A stretch of DNA of 64,000 bases from Octopus vulgaris (GCA_951406725.2 OX597818.1:42656001-42720000), one strand, 5' to 3'; counted from the stretch's first letter, positions 1 to 12,460 are shown. Program-made: numbers and translations. The notes: a model not told the origin generated them from the letters alone.

Positions 1-322
1 TGCATTATTGTTCAGCAGTCAAAACTTTTTTTTTAATGGAACAAACTTTATGAATGAGTAGAAATACTAACATGGCTGAAGGAACCAAGCATGATATGTA
101 AGTGTTGGATTTTGATCAAAAGTATGAGAAGAAAATTCACATTTAGAACTTTCAGATTGACTATGGAAAAAATTTATTATTTTTGATACAAAAATCAGGC
201 AAAAAATTGGTTTTCACATGGTCATACTGTTTGTCTCCCTTCTATGGTGATACCTACTAGTAGTGTGTTTTCACTTTCTAAATCTCCTGTCTTTGTCTTT
301 AAAATAAGCATTTTTGTTTCAG

Positions 323-541
323 GTGACCATTCGGTATAAATCCGAAAATGGAATGACCATACCGCTGTATGTTCACAGCATTGTGATGTCTGTCCAACAT
401 GACCAGAATGTTTCTCTCGAACAACTAAGACGAGAATTGAAAGAAAAAGTCATAAATGCCGTTGTCCCTAGTAAATACATGGATGAGAAAACTGTCATAC
501 ATCTTAACTCAGCTGGAAATTTCATCTTGGGTGGACCTATT
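323..541 (+). CDS. MAT: S-adenosylmethionine synthetase (MAT), internal coding exon; upstream exons lie outside the window
   Basis: tttcAG acceptor at 321-322 and GTAAGT donor at 542; 219 nt, phase 0/0. Translates VTIRYKSENGMTIPLYVHSIVMSVQHD...LKEKVINAVVPSKYMDEKTVIHLNSAGNFILGGPI, colinear with MAT2A/MetK. Confidence 0.96.
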
Positions 542-634
542 GTAAGTTTCAAATGCTTTGTTTTTGATCTTTTTATCACCTTGGTTTACCTGCTTTTACT
601 TTTTGTTCATTATTGTCCTGTTTAAATATAGGTA

Positions 635-942
635 CAGGCATGGTTGTGTGGTTAAGAAGTTTGCTTCCCAACCATATGGTTTCAAGTTCAGTCCTACTTC
701 ATGGCACCTTGGGGGCCAATGAAAGCCTTGCGGGGTGTTTGTGTCTCCTGATGACATTGCATGATAGTTGCAAATGAAAGTCATTCATTTGCAATATCCT
801 GTGATAATATGCCTATATACCTGGCTATGAAGAAATATTATTTTACTTGGTAACAGGTAAAGGTTGGTGAGAGGACAGGCATCTAGCTGTAGAAAACTTG
901 CCTCAAACTGCATATGACCTGTGCCAGCATAGAAAATCAGCA
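635..942 (+). mobile_element. Degenerate tRNA-derived SINE (family A-like head)
   Basis: Head ggcatggttgtgtggttaagaagtttgcttcccaacc...gttcagtcc...ggcaccttggg, matching the copies at 16592 and 20845. Confidence 0.65.
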
Positions 943-946
943 TTAA

Positions 947-1166
947 CCCTTTCGTTACTGTATTTATTTTGAGATGCTCTGTGTTTCTTTCAATTATTTT
1001 AAATATAACAAAGAATTTAGAAAAATAACTTAGTTATCGTTAACCTAGTGTTAGGAGCGTAAATTGTGACTAAGGCTTGGTAAAATATTTTATTTCAAAA
1101 CTTATGAAAAGAAGGCATTTTACCACAGAGCCGGAGCCAGTTTTAGCCGGGTTAGTAATAAAAGGG
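947..1166. mobile_element. piggyBac-like MITE, family 1
   Basis: TTAA|CCCTTT...AAAGGG|TTAA. Same family at 1712, 16009 and 55952. Confidence 0.85.
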
Positions 1167-1518
1167 TTAAAACTGTGAGGGTGATTTAAAGTTATGTGTA
1201 ATGTGAAGAATTGTAAATGCAATCACATGTATGTATGTGTATATATATTATATATAATTTCAAACTAACAACTACTTGTCACTGCTCTAAGTTTGTAATT
1301 TTATATGAAACAGGATTTTTGTGTCTCAGTCATTGGCAAGGTATTATGTCAGAAGGATTTCTTCTCTTTGACTAATATTTTAAGTTTAAGATGCATAACA
1401 ACATCATTTTAACATCCACTTTTTTCATTTATGTGTACTTGAGTAAATATGGGAGTTCATGAACAATGTACTTGTTATGCATTTCCTCTTAATTTTTGAT
1501 GTTTCTCTTCCATTTCAG

Positions 1519-1701
1519 GGTGATGCAGGTTTGACAGGACGTAAGATTATTGTTGATACTTATGGTGGATGGGGTGCCCATGGAGGCGGAGCGTTTTCTG
1601 GAAAGGATTTCTCCAAGGTTGACCGTTCGGCTGCCTATGCTGCCCGTTGGGTGGCCAAATCTTTGGTAAAAGCTGGCTTGTGTAAAAGGGTGCTTGTCCA
1701 G
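1519..1701 (+). CDS. MAT: MAT coding exon with the [11 protein letters not shown] and GGGAFSGKD signatures
   Basis: tttcAG acceptor and GTTAGT donor; 183 nt. Translates [61 protein letters not shown]. Confidence 0.98.
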
Positions 1702-1711
1702 GTTAGTTTAA

Positions 1712-1933
1712 CCCTTTCATTACCGTATTTATTTTAGAATGCTCTGTATTTCTTTCAATTAATTTTAAATATAACAAAGAATTTAGTAAAATGACTTAGT
1801 TATTATTAAGATAGTGTTAGGAACATAAATTGTGACTAAGGTTCGGTGGAAGATTTTAATCCAAAACTTATGAAAACAAGACATTTGTACTACAGAGCCA
1901 GAGGCGGTTTCAACCGGGTTGGAATCAAAAGGG
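1712..1933. mobile_element. piggyBac-like MITE, family 1, next to a MAT splice donor
   Basis: TTAA at 1708-1711 and 1934-1937 with CCCTTT/AAAGGG termini. Confidence 0.85.
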
Positions 1934-2222
1934 TTAAATATTTGCAAATTTTGTCATCCAGTAATTGTGCATATGTTTATGTTACATCTGTTTATAGTTA
2001 CTAGATATGTGAAATATGATTTACAATAGTCTCTAGCTTTTAGTTTTGTCATAAATTAGCTTTATATATAATGGTTTGTTTATTATTTGGGAGGGTTTGA
2101 TCTCTGCACAACACATTTACTGTCTCCTTTGTATACTTTATGTTGAACATACATTCCACATACAAAGGAGTGCTGAAAAGTTACTGGTTTTAAGGTTTTA
2201 CAAGGCTTAGAGAAACTGAAGG

Positions 2223-2517
2223 ATCATCATCATCATCATCGCTTAACGTCCGTTGTCCATGCTAGCATGGGTTGGACGGTTCAACTGGAGTCTGGGAAGC
2301 CAGAAGGCTGCACTAGGCCCAGTCTGATCTGGCAGTGTTTCTACAGCTGGATGCCCTTCCTAACGCCAACCATTCCAAGAGTGTAGTGGGTGCTTTTTAT
2401 GTGCCACCGGCATAGGTGCCAGACGAGGCTGGCAAACGGCCACAATCGGATGGTGCTTTTTACGTGCCACCGGCACGGGGGCCAGACGAGGCTGGCAACG
2501 ACCACAATCGGATGGTA
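2223..2517 (-). mobile_element. SINE-like retroposon family B, 3' fragment with (GAT)n tail
   Basis: (cat)n followed by gttggacggtt...ctacagctggatgcccttcctaacgccaacc and internal gtgcc/ggcac units. Many copies in the window. Confidence 0.8.
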
Positions 2518-3009
2518 AATGTCTGAATCTGAGAGGGGAATGTTGAATAATATCATAATTAACTGATCTTCCTGTATTTTCTCTTACCCAAAGCTAGGAA
2601 CTTTTCAGCGCCCACTTATATGTAGCACATCTTCATAATTTAAGCAGTTATTCATCCTTACCACCCTACTAAATCTAAAACTGTATGTCAGCTAAGCAGT
2701 AACATTCATGGACATATCTGAAGTTCTTAAAGCATACTTAATCTTGTGTTTAGCCATAGTATTTTCTCATTAAATCTACATTTGCATACTAAACTCTGAA
2801 AGTTAACTTTATGGTGTTTCATATCTGTGGTTGCTAAGGTATAATTTTTTTGTAGTTCTAAATTACCATTGGGACAGCTCTCTTCTTTAGTAAACATACA
2901 GTCATGAACTTTATACCATATAGCTTGCCAGAAAATATTTGGAGTTATCGTAACCCCTTATATTGCTATTTTTGCAGAGAGATTACTATTTTAAGCATTA
3001 TATATATTA

Positions 3010-3915
3010 CTAGCAGAGACACCCGGCGTTGCTCGGGATTAAAATGACATAGTTTGTATATAACATATTACAATTATGTTGAAACAGGTGATAGGGGAAA
3101 GTAACATTTGGTAGTAAATGATGGGCTAATTCAACTAAGCAACTTGCTATGCGTCTGGAGTATTTCAGGCCCTTACCTTTGGGGGTTATGTGATTTTTGA
3201 ACGCACCAAGAAGCTGTCAGTGGGTATACTCTCTTTTGCAGCAGTCAGCGATGCTAGGTCTAACACAACCCATTATCTGAAATGTTGACACCTCCTTCGG
3301 GTTTGTTGTCCTACATCACTCATAAAGTAAATTTAGAGGAACTGTGGTTGTTCATTTGTGGGTAACAAGGAACCAATGAAGTGATAGACTTACCCTTGAA
3401 CTTTGACGTCCGCGTAAATCCATGTTTATCTATCTTCTTAGATGCACCAAACGATGTCATGTGCAGAGTTGTATTGTCTGATATTGTTCAGAAAATCCTT
3501 TGACTGGATAGAAATGCCTTCTAGAAGATCCATTAGAGGTTGAGAAGGAGCTGGTAGTGCTGGCATTGTTACCTGAGCAGCACATACCATTTGTTTCATT
3601 TGAAAATTTTAAAGCTCTACAGTAAAGACAATTTGTGTTTAGCACACCAATTTGGACAGAGTTAATTTTTTTATAAGAATGGGATGGATCATATCTGAAA
3701 ACAGCTTCAGGAGTTGTGAAGAACGAATTTGTATGTAGTCTGTTTCTGAGAGCTAGCTATTCTGTTGGACATTGACAATTTTGAAAATCTTTTTAGATTA
3801 CGGAATGCCCCACTCTCTCATATCCATGCTTAAAATTTCAGCGCAATTGAATGAACAATACTTGAGTTATAAGCACACAAAAAACAGGCAGACAGAGCAA
3901 GATTTATATATTAGA
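3010..3915 (-). mobile_element. Non-autonomous Helitron with a decayed RepHel fragment
   Basis: On minus: A|TCTAATATATAAA 5' end (3915), and a 3' hairpin cccgagcaacgccggg followed by CTAG|T (3010). Broken internal frames read CLYCRALKFSNETNGMCCSG and KDFLNNIRQYNSA, typical of the Helitron protein N-terminal region. Confidence 0.85.
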
Positions 3916-3916
3916 T

Positions 3917-4105
3917 GAGCCAATGAGGGAGATCACTACATGGTAGCCAGACCTGGTAGAAATAACAGCCAAATCTCCCTCAAATCACACCTTACTATCT
4001 TATGTATGTATGAGTCAATGAGGGAAACCGCTACATGATAGCTAGACCTGGTAGAAATAGCCGCCAAATCTCCCTCAAAACACCCTACTGTCTTATGTAT
4101 GTATA
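3917..4105. repeat. Two tandem ~95-bp copies of a dispersed repeat (gtagaaata(a/g)c..ccaaatctccctcaaa)
   Basis: Visible direct duplication. Related sequence near 12130, 36540 and 38395. Confidence 0.6.
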
Positions 4106-4514
4106 TATGTATTAACAGTTCTTTGACTTTTTGCATTTGACGACAGCTGCTTTAAATTAGATAATCATATTGAGCCCTCTGCATATAGAGAGAGGGGAAA
4201 GAAGAGACAGCATAGCAAGGGTTTAGGCTGACTGTCATCCTGTGCTCCCCTTGTTGCCGGTGAAATGGTATGTGACAGCTGTCTGAGCAACTCGTTGCTT
4301 TTAATGAACAGCATGCTGGAAGAAATAGGGCAAAAAGATTACAAGAATAGCGATTCTCAACTTTTAAAATATTTTTAGATTACGGAACACCCCACTCTCT
4401 CATGTATCCATGTTTAAAATTTCAGCGCGGTCACCTGTTTCAACCTTAATATATTATATACAAACTATGCCATTTTAATCCCGAGCAATGTTGGGTGTCT
4501 CTGCTAGTAATATA

Positions 4515-4902
4515 TCATCACCATTGTTTAACGTCTGTTTTCCGCGCTAGCACGGGTTGGACGGTTCGACCGGGGTCTGGGAAGCCAGGGGCTGCACCAG
4601 GCTCCAGTCTGATCTGGCAGTGTTTCTACAGCTGGATGCCCTTCCTAACGCCAACCACTCCGTGAGTGTAGTGGGTGCTTTTTTACGTGCCACCGGCACA
4701 GGTGCCAGGGGAGTCTGGCATCGGCCACGATTGGTTGGTGCTTTTAACGTGCCACCGGCACGGAAGCCAGCCAAGGCGGCGCTGGCATCGGCCACGTTCG
4801 GATGGTGCTTTTTATGTGCCACTGGCACAGAAGCCAGTCGAGGCGGCGCTGGCATCAGCCACGTTCGGATGGTGCTTTTTATGTGCCACCAGCACAGAAG
4901 CC
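4515..4902 (-). mobile_element. SINE-like family B with internal tandem GTGCC/GGCAC units
   Basis: Same 3' end as the 2223 copy. Explains the ORFs at 4547-4938. Confidence 0.85.
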
Positions 4903-5240
4903 ATAATGCTTAAAATAGTAATCTCTCTGCAAAAATAGCAATATAAGGGGCTTTGATAACATCAAAAATATTTCTGGCAAGCTATATGGTACAAAGTTCA
5001 TGACTGTGTTTACTAAAGAAGAGAGCTGTCCCAGTGGTAATTTAGAACTACTAACAAATTATTGCATAGCAACCACAGATATCAATCAGATTCACATATT
5101 CGAGTTATAAGCGCACAAACAGACAGAACGGGATTTATATATTAGATCAGCATTACATTTTACAGTAATCTGAATGCTAAATGGTTAAACAAGGATACTG
5201 AATTTTATTATAATTGCTGTTATGTATCTTTTGCCTTCAG

Positions 5241-5374
5241 ATTTCCTATGCCATTGGAATTGCTAGGCCACTATCCATCAGTGTTTTTAGTTACGGTACA
5301 TCTAAAAAAACTGAGAAAGAATTGCTGGATATTGTCAATGAGAATTTTGATCTGAGACCTGGCAAGATCGTAAG
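5241..5374 (+). CDS. MAT: MAT penultimate coding exon (absent from the ORF track)
   Basis: ccttcAG acceptor and GTAAGT donor at 5375; 134 nt, ends phase 2. Translates [44 protein letters not shown](R). Confidence 0.96.
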
Positions 5375-5485
5375 GTAAGTGTTTTTTTTTAATTTCTTTT
5401 TATTCCTTTGTTTTATTTGTTTTGTTTTGTTGTTTTTTTCTTGTATTCAGCTATTTTCAACATTTTCTGTTTTTTTTCTTTTCAG

Positions 5486-5588
5486 AGAGCTCGACTTACG
5501 TCGTCCAGTCTACCAAAAGACGGCGTGTTATGGGCACTTTGGAAGACCCGAGTTTCAATGGGAAATCCCAAAAAAGCTAAAGTATTAA
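5486..5588 (+). CDS. MAT: MAT last coding exon
   Basis: Follows a 111-nt U-rich intron with ttcAG acceptor. Translates (R)[36 protein letters not shown], the typical MAT2-like C-terminus. Confidence 0.97.
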
Positions 5589-7191
5589 GTTGGAAGTGGT
5601 TTTATTATTCTAAACCTGGGTTTTGTTGGGTTTTTTTTCAGTTTTTTTTTACATATATATATATATATATTCTTAATCATTGTTCCTCTTAATTTTTGTT
5701 TGTGTAACCTTAAATGATACTGGCAGTTGTAATCCACAGTGAATGAATAGGCAGACTTGATCATCAATAGGACGCCTTTTTTTTTTTTAACCCATTTCAT
5801 TTTCCCTTTTTCTTTTGTTTCTATATACATGTAGAAATTCTTAGAGTACAACATTTATTTATTTATTTGACTTCAGCTAATTTGGTGTTTTGGCAACAAA
5901 TTTTCTGAAGTGTCTTTATTTGAATCAAAATTATTCAATCAGGTATATTCAAGTTTGTTACTATAACTGTAGTATAGTGCTAAATGGCTCTTGCACTCTA
6001 TTACAGTGCAAAACTTGGTACCTGCATTTCATGTAAGTTAGCTTAGAACTGCATTTGGTAGCTTTGTTACAACTTTGTTACTATAATGTATGTATATATA
6101 GGTATGGTGTCCATTGAGTTCTTGCCTGGTTCTCTTTATCTGCTGCAAATGTGTCATTAACTTCGGCTTCTTACATGCACATTTGTCTTGTGTTTATGAA
6201 GATTCATTGGAAAAGAGCACTAGTTATAAACACTCGGGACTACATCGATACAGTGGACAGCATTGCAAGGTATTTAGAGAGTAAAGTTGCAGTGCTCTCC
6301 ACTGCGAGTGCTGGTATCGTTCAAATTAGAAGCAAATATAGAAATATTTTTCTCTAAAAATATTTTACATATTTTTGTGTCTGTCTGAGTGTGCTTTTCA
6401 TTGTATTGCACTATTTCATTCCTCTAAAAAAATACATTATTCATGAACTTTCATTTGTAGACTGATTTATGCGGGCATGTGTGTAAAAGTTTTTTATTCA
6501 TTCACAAATGCATTTTCTTCAATTAAGACTTACAAAGATGAACTTGTGTGCTGAATATTAAAGAAATGTCCATGCACACATTTTCATTATGTTCTAAATA
6601 TCATCTCCTATGTAACTGTCATGATTGTAATGAAAAATTGGGAGAGTGGTTCTGATTATAGAACATTGTATATATTTTTATTTTTTGGTCATTTTAGGAA
6701 CATTGATGTACAAGAGGAACATTGATTTTTTTAACAAATAAATTTTGACTTGAAGAGAAGCCTCATTTTAAAACAACCTTTTGTAATTCATCTTTCTGCT
6801 GCCGGTTCTATTTATAATTATTTCTCATTCTTTATCTTGAGGATTTAGAATATACTGTTTTAACAAGGGCGTTTGTCATTTTGATTATACATTCCTCACT
6901 GGTGATTTGCTTTTATCCTATTCATCCCTTGGTTTTGAAAAGAGAAATTTGGTCTAATTTTTAACGTTGGGAGAGGAAGTATCTTTTTACATACTTAAAT
7001 TTCCTTTTTTTTTTTTTTTTTTCCTTTTTTTTTGTTTGTTTTTTTAACATACATATCAAGTTCTTGGCCTTGACAAATGTATGCTGACGTGATTTCAGAC
7101 AAATCGTCGATGAATTTCTACCTATTTCATTTTGCGATTATTCTAAAATATCCAGGTGTGAGATTTTTTTTTTTTCAGATAAGCAAATAAA
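5589..7191 (+). other. Probable MAT 3' UTR with candidate poly(A) signals
   Basis: U-rich and free of recognisable repeats. AATAAA at 6737-6742 and 7186-7191. The true end cannot be determined from sequence. Confidence 0.5.
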
Positions 7192-9304
7192 ACTAACTTC
7201 ACCAGTATTTTTTGATATTGGCTGTTCATTTATATGATTAAAATTTTAAGTGAAAGAAATCATATTTCCTGTTTTCATAATTTATATTTTTTAAGGCTAA
7301 TTACTGTAACTCAGAAATGGAATAGGCACCTCACAGCTACACTGTACTTTTCACTGCACACTATTCTTAGAAGTCCCTTTGATTGACCATCAGGTCAAAA
7401 CCACCTCTTCCCTTTGAATCATACTAACTGTCTTACTAAAAGAGACATGTTACGCCGTGTGGCCTTTGATCATAGTTCTGCTGTTATCTGGCTGAAAGAT
7501 TAGTGTATGGCAGCAGTTCGTTATAGGACATGTTTTACTAGTAAGAGGTTTTTCATGATAATTGTGCTCAGGCTACTTATTCTGAAAGATCAAATTGAAG
7601 TTCAGAATCTGTAAAGACTGAAAGTTTTAGTAGTGTGTAATTGATATCCAGTGACTGGATGTTATGCTGTTGAAGGATCCTAAAAGCATAGGAATCTATT
7701 TTTTATTCAAAACAATGACTTGAAGATTTGCCTGTTTCCTGCAGATCTTATGGGATACGGTTGTTTGCTGGTGGAGAGCAAATGGGTTTGCTCTAAATGC
7801 TAGCAGGTAAATTCTTGAAAACCTTTTATTTTTCCCACTTTACAAGATTTTCTGGAGGCAAGTGACCTTGCAGTCATACAATTCATGAAATCATCTTTGG
7901 TTTTTTCTGATCAATTTGCCATTAGCAAATGAGAGCACTCACTTTGTAATATATACAAAGATCTTTCCTTGCAGTGTTTTGTGGATTCTTAAAGTATAAG
8001 AAGCTATAATGTATCATAGTGAGTGACTAAAAATATCCTCTTTACTCAGCAGACTAAGGTACTGCAGAAAAGGCATCAAGCATAGTGTGTAAGAGAAACT
8101 ACTACACTTGTACATGATTACTAAGTATAAAGGTGCCATATTTTTATATTGGATAGCCTTCAAGGAAAATGGGAGATTGCAGAAGACATGTGCTATACAC
8201 CAGACATAGCCAACATGAAATATTGATATTAAAGTTTTAAAAAATAAGGTAAACATATGTCTACAATTAGAGGTTTCTTTCGTAAAACTTGGTTTGTTGT
8301 TGTTTAGACCCTAAGCACTTACTGATGATACACATTAATGTTTGAAATATAAGTGGCAGAACCTAAGAACCTATACTAATGATATCTTAAGTGTAAAACT
8401 GAAACTCTTAACATTATCCCCCAAGTGTCTGGTTGTCGCATCTGTGAATTATTTCCCTTACTAATAATGGATAACATTGATTTGTAACAGAGGCAGAAGT
8501 GCTGCGTTTTGGATGGAGAGTATACACTAATTTTTGTGTGATGTTAGATGCAATGATACAAATTGGAGAGAGTAGTATGATCAATCAAGTCCGCTATAGA
8601 ATATGACTGGAATATCTGGAGGAACAACAGCTGATGTAATTACATGTGTGACAAGTCAAAATATAGGGACTAACAAAACTGAATGCTCTGGGTGTATAAA
8701 TCAACAGCTATGTAATCTCTGGTTTGACTGTATCCTCCAAATTGTTCAATACCCTATTAATAGTTACTGGCATGTGCACACAACCTCAAATTTGAAGAAT
8801 AGTTGATTATATTGACTCAGTTCCTTGACAGGTAATTTTAGCAGCATATTCCCTTTCCCAGGCAGAGGAATGGCTAAATTCAATGTAGAACATTAGTGGT
8901 TGTTACTAGCTGCTATGGAGCCGTTTTATCCAACTCAGTTATCCTATAGGTAATAGTTTGTGCTTTATCACCTCATTTCACTGTCTGTGCGAGGTTTCAG
9001 GAGACAAATCAACTACTAGATATGTCTACTGGTATTTTTAAACTAACACATAAATCAACAAGACAGTTGTTTCAAACAAGGGCACAAAGCCTGAAATTGA
9101 AGGGGCAGGAGTCAGTCGGTTTAAATTTCTTCATTATTATCATAATGCCCAACTTTTTATGCTTGCGTGAGTCAGACAAGTATTTTGAAGCAGTTGTCTA
9201 CAGCTTGATGCCCTGACTGTTTCCGAGTGAGGTTATAATCTCCTAGTCTCTCTCTCATATATCATCGATAGTTTATATATTCGAAAAAGAGGCATACACT
9301 AAAG

Positions 9305-9396
9305 CAGTGGTTCTCAACCTGGGAGTCTATGAACTAAATAAAAGTGGTCCGTGGAAAAATTCACATTCACTTAAATAAAAGTGTTGGGAGCCGCTG
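9305..9396. mobile_element. Small hAT (Charlie/MER5-like) MITE
   Basis: CAGTGGTTCTCAAC...GTTGGGAGCCGCTG termini. 8-bp TSD cactaaag/ctctaaag (7/8). Confidence 0.7.
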
Positions 9397-10010
9397 CTCT
9401 AAAGCATTAGAGCAATAATATCTTTTAGGAAGTTACGACTTACGGCTGTGCTGGTGCCATGTAAAAAGCACTCCACACACACTCTAATGTTGTTGACTTT
9501 AGGAAGGGCATCCAGCCATAGAAACAATGCCAAAACAAACAGTCAAGCCATCCAACCCATGCCGTTTTATTTTGTGTTTATATTATGTAACACTGAAAAC
9601 TGTTTCATGTCAGTATGTTGATGAGAAAATGATTTAGGAATTCATACATTGTATTCTTCCAAATTAGTTTAATGAATTGTCTGGAAGTTAAAGGAATTTC
9701 TTAGATTTCCTAAATTCAATCATTCAGGCATCTTTATTTCAGATTTGTGAAACCTGCCTTGTCGCCGTTATCATCATAGTCCACTTTTTCCAGGTTTAAC
9801 TATCACATGATGCCAAGATAGGCCAGCAACAACATACATATATGAGACCAACTTCTTTCAGTTTTTGTCAATCAAATCTACTCACAAGGCTTTGGTCAGC
9901 CGGGTGCTATAGTAGAAGACACTTGCCCAAGGTAACATGCAATGGGACATGACCCAAAACCATGTGGTGGGGAAGCAGAAAGCAAACAAGTTTCTCTATA
10001 TTATACTGTA

Positions 10011-11510
10011 CTAGCAGAGATGCTCAGGATTAAAATGGCATAAATTGTATATATATTACAGTGATGTTGAAACAGATGATACAAAAAAGTGCAGCATTGA
10101 CAACATATTTGTGGGGTAATTTGACTAAGCAATATGTGATGCATCCTTTTGGAGGATTCCAGGCCCTAACCTGCCATGGAAAATTGGGGGCATGTGATTT
10201 TTGAACACACCGAAAAGCTGTCAGTTGATATAATCTCCTTTACTGCATCTAACATGACCCATCGTCTGAAGTTTTGGGACCTCCTTCGGGTCTGTTGTCA
10301 TACATCACTTATAAAGTAAATTTGGAGGAATTTTGGTTGTTCAGGTGTGGGTAACGGAACCAATGAGGTGACAGACCTGCCCTTGAACTTTGAACAGCAG
10401 TGTAAATCTTTGTTCATCTGTCTCCTTAGACACACCAAATGATGTCATTTGAAATGTGAAGTTGTATTGTCTGATATTGTTCAGAAAATCCTTTGACTAG
10501 AAGCACCTAACAGAAGATTCATAAAAGGTTGAGGAGTAACTGGTAATGCTGGCAATCTTATCTTACTGCCTGAGCAGCATATGCCATTAGTTTCATTTGG
10601 AAATTTTAAATTTTTGCAAAAATGACAATGAGTTTAGTATACCAACTTGGACAGAATTATTTTTATATGAATGGGATAGATCATATTTGAAAGGTCAGAG
10701 TTGTTTAAACGAGTCAGCATTAAATGCTGCAGCATGCCTTTACTGATCTTGGGAAAGTCCCTTCTCCGTTGAGACTGTCGCCTTCTATTTTCTACAATCT
10801 TTTCTTTGGTGGCATACCTTATTTCAATATTGTAAATAAAAGATTATGAATATAGAAAAAGTTATACATTAATCTCTATTTTTGTATGCAGTGTAAATTA
10901 TCCAAATAGAAGCATATGTACAAACTGCTAATTTGACAGTAAATGCCACAATAATCATTATAGATAAATTTCTTAATATATATATTAAGCACATGTATTA
11001 ATGTTAATTTAAGGGTTAATATGTAAATACCTTGCTACTGCTGCAATAATTATTAACTGGTAATTGATCAGTAAATGTGTATTTTTATATACCTTGGACC
11101 TGCCACCTCATTGTTTTTGGTAGCATTTCACCTCGGGCCATTCGTTAGGTCAGTCAGCACATATACTGACACACCATTCTGCTGCCATGGCCGTAAAGAT
11201 GGAAAGTTGCTGATGTGTAATGTTGTTCACATTAGGATATAAATTATTTATTTCAAATGTAATAGAAATGAGATGATCTTAGTGTTATCGCATTAGAATT
11301 AAAAGTGAAACTATTATCTTTTGACGCAATACCAAACCAGTCTAAAAGATAGTGCTGGACCCACATTAGGTAAGAAGTTGAAATTTTTTTTAGCTCATGA
11401 CACTCCATGAGCCCTAAGTAATGCATGTGTAAAATTTAAATGAAATTGGTTCGGTACTTCCCGAGTTTTAGGGATTCACACAAACAGACACATTCTCAGT
11501 TTTATATAGA
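10011..11510 (-). mobile_element. Helitron copy, same family as 3010-3915, with a longer internal region
   Basis: a|CTAGCAGAGA end at 10011, colinear with 3010-3710 over ~680 bp. TCTATATAAAACTGAGAATG 5' end near 11510. Confidence 0.8.
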
Positions 11511-12289
11511 CTATTAAACTTATCCAAATGTCAGATGTGCTAACACCATCTTGAGAGGGAACCTCAATAAAACTTAAATACATTACTAAAACAAATATTC
11601 TGCCAGTTTTATGCTCAAACTGGGCAGATTTGACCTCTCATCTGATCTACAATGTCATACTAAAAAATATACAATCATATCAATGAAAACGGTTGAAGCT
11701 ATGAGATAATTCATGATTAATTCAAAACAATGTGAATAAATAAGCATCATATTTAGCAGAATAATCTGAATACTAAAGGGTTTAATACACAATGAAAGAA
11801 TTAAACCAAGAACAATCTTATTACTTATCAGGAATGAACTACATAATTGTCATAAGGGAAAGAAAACGTTAAGAAATATTACAGATGCTTCAGATTAACA
11901 TAACTAGCACTCTAGGTAGTACTCATTTTTGCCAGCTGAGTGAACTGGGGCAGCATGAAAAAGTGTCTTGCTTAAGGACACAATGTGCTGCCAAGCATTG
12001 AACTCATAACCTTACAATTTTAACCTAACTAAATACTAAACATAAACTATCACTTCTGGTACTACACATTTTTGCCAGGTATCTCGTGAGCTAAGTGTTG
12101 TAAGATGGTGAGGATCAACCAAGCTTTACCTACTAGAAATAACAACCCCCAATGCTTTCAAATCAGATCCTAATGCTGGATGTTCAAGAACCAAATGACA
12201 GGAAGATTTTCAATCCCAGGATCATCCTGAAACCATAGACCAAGACACAAGGTTCCCAAACAGGCAAAATTTCACTGAGGCCTGTCTGA

Positions 12290-12460
12290 CAGGCTCCTGT
12301 GCTGGTGGCATGCAAAAAACACCCACTACACTCTGAGTGGTTGGCTTTATGAAAGGCATCCAGCTGTAGAAACATTGGAGCCTGGTGCAGCCACTGGCTC
12401 TCCAGACCTCAGTCAAACCATCCAACCCATGCCAGCATGGAAAACATGTTAAACGATGAT
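12290..12460 (+). mobile_element. SINE-like family B, 3' fragment
   Basis: cacccactacactctgagtggttggc...ggcatccagctgtagaaac...ttaaacgatgat. Confidence 0.75.

Noticed and set aside
4547-4938. Overlapping ORFs of 87-118 aa (also 35521-35889, 46913-47376, 53233-53695, 57851-58181)
   Set aside because: Chance ORFs inside the GC-richer SINE family B repeats.
7179-7806. Alternative terminal MAT exons after the AG acceptors at ~7178 and ~7744
   Set aside because: Splice-like motifs only. The products would be truncated with no homology support.
5589-9300. METTL16 UACAGAGAA hairpins as in the vertebrate MAT2A 3' UTR
   Set aside because: No matching nonamer found by eye. The closest are gaagagaagcct (~6752) and ttacagtgca (6001), and neither fits.
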